Shown: positions 29,070 to 38,753 of the stretch, in pieces
Layout of the letters: each line of letters begins with the position of its first letter
Numbering within the stretch: the stretch's first letter is position 1
DNA from: Chrysochromulina tobinii
Taxonomy: Eukaryota
DNA: 42,442 bases
NCBI GenBank assembly: GCA_001275005.1
Contig: JWZX01003201.1
Coordinates: forward strand, 1 to 42,442
Reading direction: 5' to 3'
Notes under the pieces: model-generated
The model's database searches: none
Told to the model about the DNA's origin: nothing
What the model saw: the letters and a program-made list of their open reading frames with translations, nothing else
Made by a program: the position numbers and the translations under genes

Positions 29070-30806
29070 CTATCGCGAATGGCGTTTGCGTTTGTGATTT
29101 GCAATGGCGGTGGCAAGCAGGTGCAGCTTCGCGTGCGCCTCCGCATGCGCCTCGCTGTCTAGTGGTAAGCCAACCTGCAACTGGTCGAGGATAACCTCAG
29201 CACGAGACCATTCGCCTGCACGGATCAAAGTAACCACTGTCGCGCGGCGCATCGCCGGTGTCACCCCCTCGCCTGCTGCCTCGAGCAGCATGAGTGCGCG
29301 CTCCCACGCACCGACTTTGGCGCATACGGTAAGTGCGGTAGCGCAGAGCCGGGCGTCAAAGGCATCGAGGAAGAGTGCGGGCGACGTGCTGTTGGGGCTC
29401 TGGGCGTATCCAGTGGCGTTGGAGCGGGCGTGATGCTGAGCAGGCGGGGAAGCAAACACTTCCTCAATCAAGGCGGCCGCCACGTGCCATTTCTCGGCGG
29501 CCGCGAGACTCTGGAGCACTGTGGTGAGGTGGATGGGCGTCGGCGTCACTCCAAACTCCGATGCCATTGAACGGAACAGCCGACATGCCTGTTGCCAATT
29601 GCCCGCTCGGCCGGTGACCTTGAGGGCGGCCTCGACGCAGTGAGCATCAACGGGCACTCCAGCTCGTGCCATCCCATGTAGCAGCTGCATCGCCACGCGC
29701 CATTGACGGGAAGGGCCCAGAGATGCTATCACCGCAGTGAGCACGTGGGCATTGGGAGCTATGGGCGGCGAGGCACTGCGCATCTGCTTGAGCAGCCCAA
29801 GGGCTTCATCCGGCCGCCCACATTCGGCATACACGCGTGCTGCAGCCGCAAAGCAGTGCGCATTGAGATCTGCACCGTCTGCCTGCGCCGCATATCCCTC
29901 GAAAAGCTGCTGACAGTGCTGCCACTGCGAATGGTCGCCAGCACGGGCGAGCGCAGCGCATGCATCCAGGGCTGGCACCAGCGTGTACGCGGTGCCTCGC
30001 AATCCCGCGGTGATCATGCGCTCATGCAAGTCGAGCACGCGTGTGTGCTCGTGTGCGTGCAGGCAGGCTCGCATGGCTGCGGCGTAACAGTGTCCATCGG
30101 GCCGCGGGCTCAGGCGGTTCGGTTGCCGCTCCATGACGTCGAGCAACTCGAGCGCCTTGGTCCACTCAGACTTCTGGGCGTACGCGTTTAGCACAGCCGA
30201 GTGAGCCCACGCATTGGGATGTATGCCGTGCGTCATCATACCGGCAAAGATGGCGATCAGCTGCGGCTGCCAAGCAGGCCCAGCACGCTGGCAAGCGAGA
30301 AGCATTGCGTTGAAGACAACAGCGTTGGGTCGCGCGCTTGAGTCCGCCTCGGCGCAGCACTGTCGAAAGACAGCGAGCGCACGTTCAGGCTGGCCCGCTC
30401 GTGAGCACGCGGCTATAGTTGAAGAGTACGAATACGGATCTGGTCGAAGACCCATTTCTCGCATCTGGCTGAGCAACGTGCACGCACGCTCGTACTGCGC
30501 TGGCTGGGCCGCAGCGAGTGTCGAGAGCACGATGTTCACGTGTAACTCGCGAAGGGCTGCCGCGTGCTCCGCCGCCACGTTCCACAATGTCGCTGTCGCA
30601 AGCTCCCAGTCACAGCCGCGTTTGTGACGGAGAAGGACTCTTGTAAGGTCGGCTGACCCTCGAATCTTGATGCCAGATGGCAGTGGTTGAGATGAGCGCA
30701 GGAGAGCGGATGCAACAGGTGATGATGACCGCAAATGTGAAGCGGATGAGTCGTAAGCAGTGTAGACGAGAGACGTCGCGACCAGACAGGCGCGCGCCGC
30801 CAGCAT
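29070..30806 (-). CDS. Pentatricopeptide-repeat (PPR) protein
   Basis: About 35-aa repeats such as PDPYSYSSTIAACSRAGQPERALAVF and PNAVVFNAMLLAC; hydrophobic N-terminus. Confidence 0.92.
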   Translation of the reverse strand: MLAARACLVATSLVYTAYDSSASHLRSSSPVASALLRSSQPLPSGIKIRGSADLTRVLLRHKRGCDWELATATLWNVAAEHAAALRELHVNIVLSTLAAAQPAQYERACTLLSQMREMGLRPDPYSYSSTIAACSRAGQPERALAVFRQCCAEADSSARPNAVVFNAMLLACQRAGPAWQPQLIAIFAGMMTHGIHPNAWAHSAVLNAYAQKSEWTKALELLDVMERQPNRLSPRPDGHCYAAAMRACLHAHEHTRVLDLHERMITAGLRGTAYTLVPALDACAALARAGDHSQWQHCQQLFEGYAAQADGADLNAHCFAAAARVYAECGRPDEALGLLKQMRSASPPIAPNAHVLTAVIASLGPSRQWRVAMQLLHGMARAGVPVDAHCVEAALKVTGRAGNWQQACRLFRSMASEFGVTPTPIHLTTVLQSLAAAEKWHVAAALIEEVFASPPAQHHARSNATGYAQSPNSTSPALFLDAFDARLCATALTVCAKVGAWERALMLLEAAGEGVTPAMRRATVVTLIRAGEWSRAEVILDQLQVGLPLDSEAHAEAHAKLHLLATAIANHKRKRHSR

Positions 30807-30819
30807 GTCCCCTTCCCAG

Positions 30820-31010
30820 AGAGTACCGGTACAGTAGCGGCATCACCGTGTGAACGTTAACACGAGGTGCTACCGGTAAAAAGACACCGTGGGGAGCCTG
30901 GTGCTACCGGTACCGAGTTACCGGGTCAAAATGTAGAACCAGTGTATACCTTCCCAGGACCTTATACAATTGTACCCGGTAGCGTAGATGGTCGTACCGG
31001 TACGGTAGTG
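30820..31010. repeat. Degenerate copy of the same ACCGGTA/GGGGAGCC repeat family between the PPR genes
   Basis: TACCGGTAAAAAGACACCGTGGGGAGCC at 30871-30898 plus several GTACCGGTAC units. Confidence 0.7.
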
Positions 31011-31249
31011 CCGGCGGGGTGCATCATTATTTTGCCGTTTTGCCAAAACTGTTCGAGCTCTCTCTAGCTGGCGCGCCCCGGGTGACTCGTTCTGAAGCTT
31101 CAAAGCTTAGATAATCATGTTCTTTTTAAGACCCCCGTCCCCCCCCCAAAGAACAAAAACACACGCGTTAGCCGCGTTACCACGGTAGATGCGACCTAGC
31201 GGACACAGATGCTTTACAGTATGACTCGCGGTGTGACGTGTCTCGTGTC

Positions 31250-32893
31250 TCAAGTCTGCTGCGCTGAACTGTTCGTGATGGTGAGAATCGACTGTGCGAA
31301 GCGGGAGACGTCAACCAGCAGCCTGTCGCCGTGTGCGAAGTAGCCGCGGATCAGGCCCGAGCGGATGGCTGCATCCGTCCATTGGCTGAATCGGCCCATG
31401 TCGAGCTCCACAAGGCCCGGGTTCGCCTTTGTGGAAGGGAGCCTTTCTTCAACGGCGGACGGCGCATCCCCACTGCGGACCATGGGTAAGCTACATATAC
31501 GGACCGCCTCAAGGACCGCGCGCCGCACCGCACCACGTTCGCGCCCAATGTCTGGCCCATTATCATTGTGCTTCCCCCATCCCGTGATGATCGCAAAGTT
31601 CACGGGTAACGGTTGGCCGCTTACCTCGAGCTTGATGATCTTCGAGACAACCCACAACACGAGCGCCACCGCTGCCCCTGGCGAGAACTTGTGCAAATCG
31701 AGCGTCCACAGTGCGCCTGACTGACTGCTTCCTGTGCTCCGCGTCGGTACGGTTTGGGAAGGTGCCCGCACGACTTGCAAGCATTGCTGAAAGCTGCCGG
31801 GGAGCGACATGGCTTCGTCGAGGATCGAAGCTGCCTCGTCCGATCGATGCCAGAGCAATTGGAGCATCACAGAGTACGAGATCGAGGTCGGCCTCACTCG
31901 CTCGAGGCGCATCAGCGTGCGCAGTCGGATCGCATGCCCCGTGCGCCTCGCTTGCGCGCACGCATGGAACATCGCATTGTAGGCGACCGCATCTCGCTCC
32001 ACGCCGCGCCGACGCATCCGCCGGAAGAGTCCAAGGGCTTGCCCGTAGCAGACGGGTTCCGAGCGCGAGATGGCCGTGATGGCTGTGCTGAAGGCTGTCG
32101 CGTCCGGCTCGAGCCCCATCCGGTCGAGCCGTTCGAAGAGGCGCAGCGCCATCTGCCATTGGCGCGCGTTGCTGCAGGCCGTCATGGCGCTGCTCACGCC
32201 TTCGACGGTTGGGCGCAGGCCGACCTTGGTCATCTGGCTGAGCAGCTTGATCGCCTCTTCCCACAGACCCCCCCGCGCACACGCAGCTATGGCCGCATTG
32301 TAGCAGACCGCGTCGGCCTCCGGAGCGCCATCACGGCCCATCCGGCCAAAGAGACAAAGGGCCTCTGAGGTGAGGCCCGCACGAGCACACCCGTCGATCG
32401 CAATGGTGAAGGATGCCTTGTCGTGCGCGACGCCCTCTTTGCCCATCGCCTTGAGTCCGTCGAGCATGGGCTGGACCTTACCCGCACGCGCACACGCGGA
32501 GAGCGCCGCGTTCCACGCGCGAGTGTCTGGGCTCAGACCAAGCCCCCGCATCCTATCCAGCAGCGTCAACGCCGTCTGCCAGCGAGCTTCGCGGCCGCAT
32601 GCAGACATGGCCGAGGTGAACGCCTTTGCATGTCCGCTGCTCGGTGGCTCACCTGAGCGCTCAATGTCATCCTCGAGCAACGATAGCAACTCAAGCGCCC
32701 TGCGCACGTCGCCAGCCTTTCCGCATGCGTTAATTGCGACGGTATACTCTGCAGCGGCGATTGGAGCGCCGGTGTCGCGAGCGGACGTGATCAGCGAGAC
32801 CGCTTGCTGGTACCGTCCACGCTGCGCGTGGTCAAACACGAGGTCGCGTCTCGACGGTAGCAAAGCTAAATGGAGGACGAGGACGACAGTCAT
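31250..32893 (-). CDS. PPR protein with a C-terminal Smr domain (PPR-SMR)
   Basis: PPR repeats (YTVAINACGKAG, WNAALSACARAG, YNAAIAACARGG), then Smr motifs LDLHKFS...IITGWGKH...NPG. Confidence 0.9.
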   Translation of the reverse strand: MTVVLVLHLALLPSRRDLVFDHAQRGRYQQAVSLITSARDTGAPIAAAEYTVAINACGKAGDVRRALELLSLLEDDIERSGEPPSSGHAKAFTSAMSACGREARWQTALTLLDRMRGLGLSPDTRAWNAALSACARAGKVQPMLDGLKAMGKEGVAHDKASFTIAIDGCARAGLTSEALCLFGRMGRDGAPEADAVCYNAAIAACARGGLWEEAIKLLSQMTKVGLRPTVEGVSSAMTACSNARQWQMALRLFERLDRMGLEPDATAFSTAITAISRSEPVCYGQALGLFRRMRRRGVERDAVAYNAMFHACAQARRTGHAIRLRTLMRLERVRPTSISYSVMLQLLWHRSDEAASILDEAMSLPGSFQQCLQVVRAPSQTVPTRSTGSSQSGALWTLDLHKFSPGAAVALVLWVVSKIIKLEVSGQPLPVNFAIITGWGKHNDNGPDIGRERGAVRRAVLEAVRICSLPMVRSGDAPSAVEERLPSTKANPGLVELDMGRFSQWTDAAIRSGLIRGYFAHGDRLLVDVSRFAQSILTITNSSAQQT

Positions 32894-33100
32894 GATTGCA
32901 AGGGCTTCACAACATGTGGGGAAACATCCCAACTACGAGCACTCTCGTTCTTCTCGATGGGGCGCAATCAAATTCCCAGTTTTCTCAGCAAAGACCACGA
33001 TCTGTATTCACTGCTGCAGACCAGTTCACATACGGGTACAGTACATATTTTTTGAGGCGCTGACGCGACGCAAACGCCGCGGCGACTGCGCGAGCAGCTG

Positions 33101-34702
33101 ATGGTGATCGTCGGGATTCTATCTGATACGCACGGGATATTGGAGCATGCCGTGAAATCCGCGTTCAAAGACGCCGGGCACATACTGCACGCGGGCGATG
33201 TCGTTGATGCTGTCTCGCAGAAGCGGCTGTCTCTCACGTCGTTGCTGAGTTCTCTCCGTGAGATTGCGCCCACGACAGCCGTGCGGGGGAATACAGATGA
33301 CAAATATGCAGCTGGCCACGGCCTTCCCGCCACCGCTGTCCTCGAGCTTGCAGGGGTGCGCTTCCACATGCACCACGGTGATTCAATGTCCGACGAAGAC
33401 GCGATCGAGCAGCTGCGCCCGGCAAGTGGCTGGCGAAAGAGCGGGGATGTGATCATCTCGGGCCACTCGCACAAGGCCAAGCTGTACCGCCATGTCGGCA
33501 CCGGCGTCGTCTTTCTCAATCCAGGCTCGTGTGGTCCGAAGCGTTTCAACCTCCCACGCGAGTTTGCAGTTCTCGAGTGCGACGGGGCAGGGCAGATCTC
33601 AATCAGGAGATTCGAGCTCACTGCAGATCTCAATCAGGAGATTCGAGCTCTCGCACGACCTTGGCCAATCGAGGACCACGCTGGGGACGGGCCGATCGAG
33701 GACCCCGCTGGGGACGACCCGTGGCGCATAGAGAAGCGAACCCTGCCCTCGGCCTCCGCTAAGACCGAAGGCGACTCCGACGACCTTGCTGCCGGCCCCA
33801 GCTCTCTTCGGCAGCGCCGCGACCGCTCACCTGACTTCCCGGCCACCTCAGGCGCAGCTGCCCCATCGTCTTCCCGCGACATGAGCGACGACATTGCCGT
33901 CGGCACTGTGCGTGCACTCTTTCTCAAGCCCCAGCGCGGATCGCCCATGCAGCCCGTAACATCCATCACGCTCGTCGCGCGCAAGGGCATCAAGGGCGAT
34001 GTGCACCAGTCCCAGCTCACACCGCGACAGTGCCTGGTCCAGTCGAGCCGACCCGGCGTCGTGCCGGGCGCTTTCCGAGAGAACGTGTTGATCGACTTTG
34101 CGCCAGGCCAGTGGCCGCCCAAGTCAGGCAGCGTACTGCGCCTCGGCGGCGCCGACGCGGCGCTGCGCATCACATTTGCGTGCGAGGCGTGCGGCAAGGG
34201 TGCTGCGTACGCTGGCATGAAGCTCGAGCAGCTCAAGTTCCGCGGCTGGGAGGCGGCGGCTCCTCGCGGCATGCTCGCGACGGTGCTCGCGTCGGGCCAC
34301 GTGGCCGTGGGCGACGAGGTGCGCATGAGACCGGGGCAGTACGCAGCGCTCAGCGACACGCATTCGGATCGTGTCAAGGCGGTGCTCGCTCGCGTACCCG
34401 CAGGCAGGGTCACTTCCTACACGCAGCTGCATTTGCTCGCTGGCGCGCCGACGGACTACTCGAGCCGAGGCTTCCCCGGCTTGCTCAGGAAGGCCTTGGC
34501 TGACAGCTCGCCCGCCGTCCATCGCGTACTCGACAGCCAGTGGCGCGCGCCCCGCAACGGCGTGGGCACTCTCCATTACCCCGAGCAGCCTGGACTGCTT
34601 GCGGCCGAGGGGGTCGCTCTCGACGCCGTCACGGGCAAGGTGCTTGGAGCGCGCGAGAGTGTCGAGTGGGCGCCAACGCACGAGGAGCTCTTTGAGAGCT
34701 AG
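33101..34702 (+). CDS. Fusion protein: YfcE-like metallophosphoesterase + MOSC domain + alkyltransferase-like (ATL/MGMT-fold) DNA-binding domain
   Basis: Phosphoesterase: SDTHG, HAGDV, VRGNTD, HGD, GHSH, NPGS.GP.RF.LP. MOSC: GIKGDVH..RQ..PGAFRENV..CEAC..RGMLA.V...G.V.VGD. ATL/MGMT fold: RVPAGRVTSY..LAG..R..AVHRV..Q..LL.AEGV. Confidence 0.85.
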   Translation: MVIVGILSDTHGILEHAVKSAFKDAGHILHAGDVVDAVSQKRLSLTSLLSSLREIAPTTAVRGNTDDKYAAGHGLPATAVLELAGVRFHMHHGDSMSDEDAIEQLRPASGWRKSGDVIISGHSHKAKLYRHVGTGVVFLNPGSCGPKRFNLPREFAVLECDGAGQISIRRFELTADLNQEIRALARPWPIEDHAGDGPIEDPAGDDPWRIEKRTLPSASAKTEGDSDDLAAGPSSLRQRRDRSPDFPATSGAAAPSSSRDMSDDIAVGTVRALFLKPQRGSPMQPVTSITLVARKGIKGDVHQSQLTPRQCLVQSSRPGVVPGAFRENVLIDFAPGQWPPKSGSVLRLGGADAALRITFACEACGKGAAYAGMKLEQLKFRGWEAAAPRGMLATVLASGHVAVGDEVRMRPGQYAALSDTHSDRVKAVLARVPAGRVTSYTQLHLLAGAPTDYSSRGFPGLLRKALADSSPAVHRVLDSQWRAPRNGVGTLHYPEQPGLLAAEGVALDAVTGKVLGARESVEWAPTHEELFES

Positions 34703-35334
34703 GTGCCGCGCGCAGTTGCAGAGGAATGGCCCGCGGCGGATGGGCGTTTTGGCCCGCGCGTAAACTGTATGCTGGCGCCCGACGGGGACGCGCGCTCATC
34801 GGCCCGGCGCGCCGGCGCCCAGCGAAGCCCGAAGCCCATGTGATGCGTGCAGCTGGCAGGAGTCTGGCAAGTGTGTGGGAACGGGAACGACGAAAGCATA
34901 CGATCCATGGAGGGGCGGTCCAAGCATCGCGAACAAAAAGTTTCCCTTTTAGGATACGCTGCCTTATTAAAGATACACGCCTTATTATATCGCGGCACAT
35001 ACGCGACAAATCCAATGGACACACGGGCCGCACCCCAAGCAAGCAAGCAAGTTACCTCAAGCAAGCACGAGCGTAGGAATTAGCAACCTCCCGCCCCAAG
35101 ACGCCCGACCCGACCCGACCCTAACTCGGGCCCTCACTAAGGCCGAGGGTCAGCGAGTTCACACCGGAACTCGGCGCCTTTTCGGCGCCTCGCCGGAAAG
35201 TCGCAGACCGCGCGGCGACAGTCGCAGCATGCTGTATAAAGTCGGCAGCGCCCCGCCGTGTCGCGAAATCTCAATAAACCAGAACCGCAGCACCGCACTC
35301 TCGGATGATAGTGCCACTGTCTTTCACGACAGTG

Positions 35335-36492
35335 ATGCTTCACTCACACGCACTTATGTTGTCGCTGACAATGTCAATGCTTGCAACGCGAAGGCGTTCA
35401 TGTTCGAAACGAAACGCGTTGTTGCGGGCATGTCGTTTCGGCAAAACAGAGGCTGCGATGCGCCGCATACCAATGGCGGCAACATCCGAGAACGCGACCC
35501 AATGTGCATGTGAATCTCTCTGCGAGAAATTGGTAGGAAGCGCAAGAGTTCTTGGGGGCGGCGAGCTCGCAACACGCTGTGACGAAGCCATCCCTGCTTG
35601 CAGTGGAAGAGTGCTTCGACGCGGTCCACATTCGATTGCGATCCTCGCAGAGAACAAAGTGTACCGAATTAAGGACATACTCGCACAACGCGGCCCCGAC
35701 TGGCGGTCAGACTCCATTTCCATCCTTTGTGAACCACGGTATCGTGGTACTCTGCTTCGCAAGACGCTCATGGACACCAGCCAGATGAACGGATCGCCAC
35801 TGAAAGGACTGGATGACGAAGCGCTCGAGGCCGCTGTGAGATCGCGCTTCGAAGGCCGACCGGGTCACGCGTTACGCATTGGGAGGACAGGACCGAGCAC
35901 CATCAAGCTTGGCACAATGAGAGCAAATTTCCACGCGTATGTGCAGCATCTTCAGAAATTACATGCTTCCAAACGGTGCGACGCTGCGGCTGCCGATGAG
36001 TTGGCGATCGTCATGCGACTTGGCGACGAGGCGCCGGAGACTGCAAAGGGCTGGATGCAAAAGGCGGATCAGTACCTGAAATCTAGCCGTGCAAGGCTGC
36101 GCAAGGCAGTGGTGTGCGCGGTTCTGCACTACGACCCCGATGTCAATCACCTGGATACGGGCATTGCCCCCTTCCTGCACACGGACCGGAAAGATCAGCG
36201 GTCGTTTCAGCTCATCGACGAACTGATTGCACACCTACGGTCCCGCGGTCTCGAGACACGTGTACGCTCCAACCCGGACGTGGATGCCGATATGTGCTTC
36301 TATGTCTTCTCTCGCCACGTGGTGGGCGTCACCCGTGTCAAGGAGCTCTACAGAGACTCTCGGACTCGGGAGAGGACTGTTAGTGTCGACCCGGGGCTCG
36401 GCCGGCCGGGACTGTTTTCGCTCGTGGATCAAATCCGGCTGGCTATGAACTATTCACGTCCTTCTTTTCTTTTGCGGCTTCATCAATGGTGA
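35335..36492 (+). CDS. Hypothetical protein, possibly glycosyltransferase-like; start uncertain
   Basis: Long ORF. AIVMRLGD ... DADMCF ... GLFS loosely recalls the H.R.GD motif of GT11-type fucosyltransferase-like proteins. Weak. Confidence 0.5.
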   Translation: MLHSHALMLSLTMSMLATRRRSCSKRNALLRACRFGKTEAAMRRIPMAATSENATQCACESLCEKLVGSARVLGGGELATRCDEAIPACSGRVLRRGPHSIAILAENKVYRIKDILAQRGPDWRSDSISILCEPRYRGTLLRKTLMDTSQMNGSPLKGLDDEALEAAVRSRFEGRPGHALRIGRTGPSTIKLGTMRANFHAYVQHLQKLHASKRCDAAAADELAIVMRLGDEAPETAKGWMQKADQYLKSSRARLRKAVVCAVLHYDPDVNHLDTGIAPFLHTDRKDQRSFQLIDELIAHLRSRGLETRVRSNPDVDADMCFYVFSRHVVGVTRVKELYRDSRTRERTVSVDPGLGRPGLFSLVDQIRLAMNYSRPSFLLRLHQW

Positions 36493-36858
36493 CTTTGGTG
36501 CAGCGCGCGCATGGCCATCCATGGGCCATCCAAAGTTATTCGATTGAAAGGAGCCTCTGCGAAAGCGGTTGTAGCGCCTTCTTCGTGGTCGCACGCTCAG
36601 CGCTCGGCCTCGGGTCGGCACCGTCGACCGTGGAGACGGCGCGAGGATGCCAATCACTCAGGAGAGGAGAGCACTTACAATTCTGCCGTGGCCCCGGCTG
36701 TGGCAGGTTCGCAGGTAAGAGGTGTTTGCGTGAACAAGCCACTGCATTCCCAGCCCTTACCCAGGCGGACAAATTGTGTGAAGCCACTGCATTCCCAGCC
36801 CTTTCCCAGACGGACAAATCGGAAGCGGGGCTCTCGCACCGCATCTCCTTCCTTGCTC

Positions 36859-37250
36859 GTACCGGTACCGGTACAAAGACACCTGGGGAGCCGGGACACA
36901 CCTGTGACGACCGGTTCAAAAACACCGGGGGAGCCGGGGCACACAGGACACACACACACACGACCGGTGACCCCAGTATAGCCCCAGTACTGTACCGGTA
37001 CTGTAACTGTAACTGAACCGGTACCGTGTTGTGTCCTGTGTGTCCCGGGCTCCCGGCTCCCCCCGGTGTCTTACCGGTACCGGTGCTGTCCCGGCTCCCC
37101 CGGTGTCTTTTCACCGGTACCGGTACCCACCGCGGTACCCGGGTACAGTACCGGTACCGGTACGTGTGTGTCCCGGCTCCCCCCGGTGTCTTTTTACCGT
37201 CTTTTTGTTTTACCGGTACAGTACATGTATACAGTACAGTACCGGTATGC
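36859..37250. repeat. Foldback/MITE-like array of GACACCGGGGGAGCCGGG and ACCGGTAC units in inverted orientation
   Basis: Forward copies at about 36878-36938 and reverse copies at 37052-37070, 37090-37107 and 37172-37190, interleaved with GTACCGGTAC palindromes. Confidence 0.8.
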
Positions 37251-37617
37251 CCGCCTCCGCCTCTCACGTCTTGAGCTTATCGGGGCACGGGGGCTCCGGC
37301 CGCACTGGCCACTGCTGGCCGCTACGCGTCTGCCGCACGCGCCTTCATTTCGCCGACCGCTTTCGACATTCGAGCAGGTGCGCGGGGAGGCGCTCTGGGA
37401 CAGCGGGTGGAGGCAGGGTCGGGTTCGCTGGGGGCGGCCTCTTCTGAGTCGGCCGCGGGGAGCGGTCGGCCCCGGGCCTGTGGCTGTTGAGTCGGCCGCG
37501 GCTTCGGTCGTCGCGCTGACGTGCGGGGTGTGTGTTGTTGGTGGGTTTCGATGGTTGTGAGTTTCGTCTGTGTGGTCTGTGTGCCTTTGTGCGTCCGCGT
37601 GTTCCGTGTGTCTCGTG

Positions 37618-37700
37618 TGTGTCCCGGCTCCCCCCGGTGTCTTTTTACCGGTACCCGGCTCCCCCGGTGTCTTTTTACCGGTACCCGGTACCGGTATACT
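37618..37700. repeat. Two further copies of the CCCGGCTCCCCCGGTGTCTTTTTACCGGTAC unit
   Basis: Copies start at 37623 and 37654. Confidence 0.85.
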
Positions 37701-38094
37701 GCTCCTTGAAGTTTGTCGTCTGCACAGCGCATCCTCATGCATACTAGACGAACCCGTGGCCAACTTTCGTGTTCACGTACAGTAACCAACATGCGCGCGC
37801 GCGCGCGACTCATGGCGCGACTGCGAGAGGTACCGATGTACCACATATGATTCGCGCGGTTGACGCGATGACGGTTGACGCCTTCATCACGTAACGCCGG
37901 CTTGCGGCTACGCCCCACCCCCGTTTGTCTCGTTTGTCGTTTCGGTGGTGTGTGGCTCTTACTTTAACTTTTGTTCTTAGACTGGTTATGTACAGGACGT
38001 ACACACACTGCCACCTTACTACACACACTGCCACCTTACTACATGTGACGTCCGGTCGACATGCGTCCACATGCCGTCGGCCTGGGGCCGGGCG

Positions 38095-38280
38095 GAACTC
38101 CGAGCCGGGGCCGCCGCCGTCGCAATCGGCCTCGGAAGCCCAGTTGCACGTCTCGGCGCAGATGAGTGGAGGAGGCGAGAAGCGCGGGCCGCAGTGGGCG
38201 CAGTCGGTGCCGTAGATGCAGTCTGCGCACTCGGCGCCGGGGCCGCCGTCGTCGCAGAGGGAGTCGGAGGTGTAGAGACG
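38095..38280 (-). pseudogene. Fragment of a Cys-rich repeat protein (CDDGGPG..C..GTDC..CGPR repeats)
   Basis: About one and a half degenerate units (DSLCDDGGPGAECADCIYGTDCAHCGPR ... CAETCNWASEADCDGGGPGSEF) with no convincing start or continuation. Confidence 0.5.
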
Positions 38281-38753
38281 CGCCCGTTGGCGCGCCCCCG
38301 GAGGGAACGCAAAAGAAGTCACTCGACGCCGCCGTCGCGTGACGACGGCGGCGTCGAGAGACGACAGTGTCGTGGCGCACGGCAGCTTTGCCAGCCGCCT
38401 GGAGTGATTCAGGAGATACGGTGTGGCGCACGGTGGCCATGGTGACTGCGCGAGCGGATCTGCGCGAGATGTGGATGCGAGCGGATCAGCACGCTGGCTA
38501 GATCTGAAAGCTGGTCGTCGTCAGGCATCGCGACGACAGGCGCCGAGACCAGGAGCAGCCGAGGACCCAGGCGAGACGCCAGGAACCAGTGTGGACCCAT
38601 CGCGAGAGACGATTTCCCCTCTGCCAAAAAACGTGCGGGGTGGGGGACGATGCTGGCTTCTGAAGTAGATTATACCCGATTACCCGTAAGTACCGCAAAA
38701 AGTCTTAACGGAAAAAGTCTCAGTCGAGTCTGTCAGTCAAGTCAAGTCACGTC

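Noticed and set aside
34360..34702. Active O6-methylguanine methyltransferase (ogt/MGMT)
   Set aside because: The acceptor Cys of PCHR is absent.
11114..34702. Ferredoxin as electron donor for the MOSC protein (YcbX-like system)
   Set aside because: The genes are 21 kb apart, the ferredoxin is an ordinary mitochondrial adrenodoxin type, and eukaryotic gene order gives no support.
36859..37700. CRISPR array
   Set aside because: The repeats are in mixed orientation with irregular, repetitive spacers; there are no cas genes and the context is eukaryotic.
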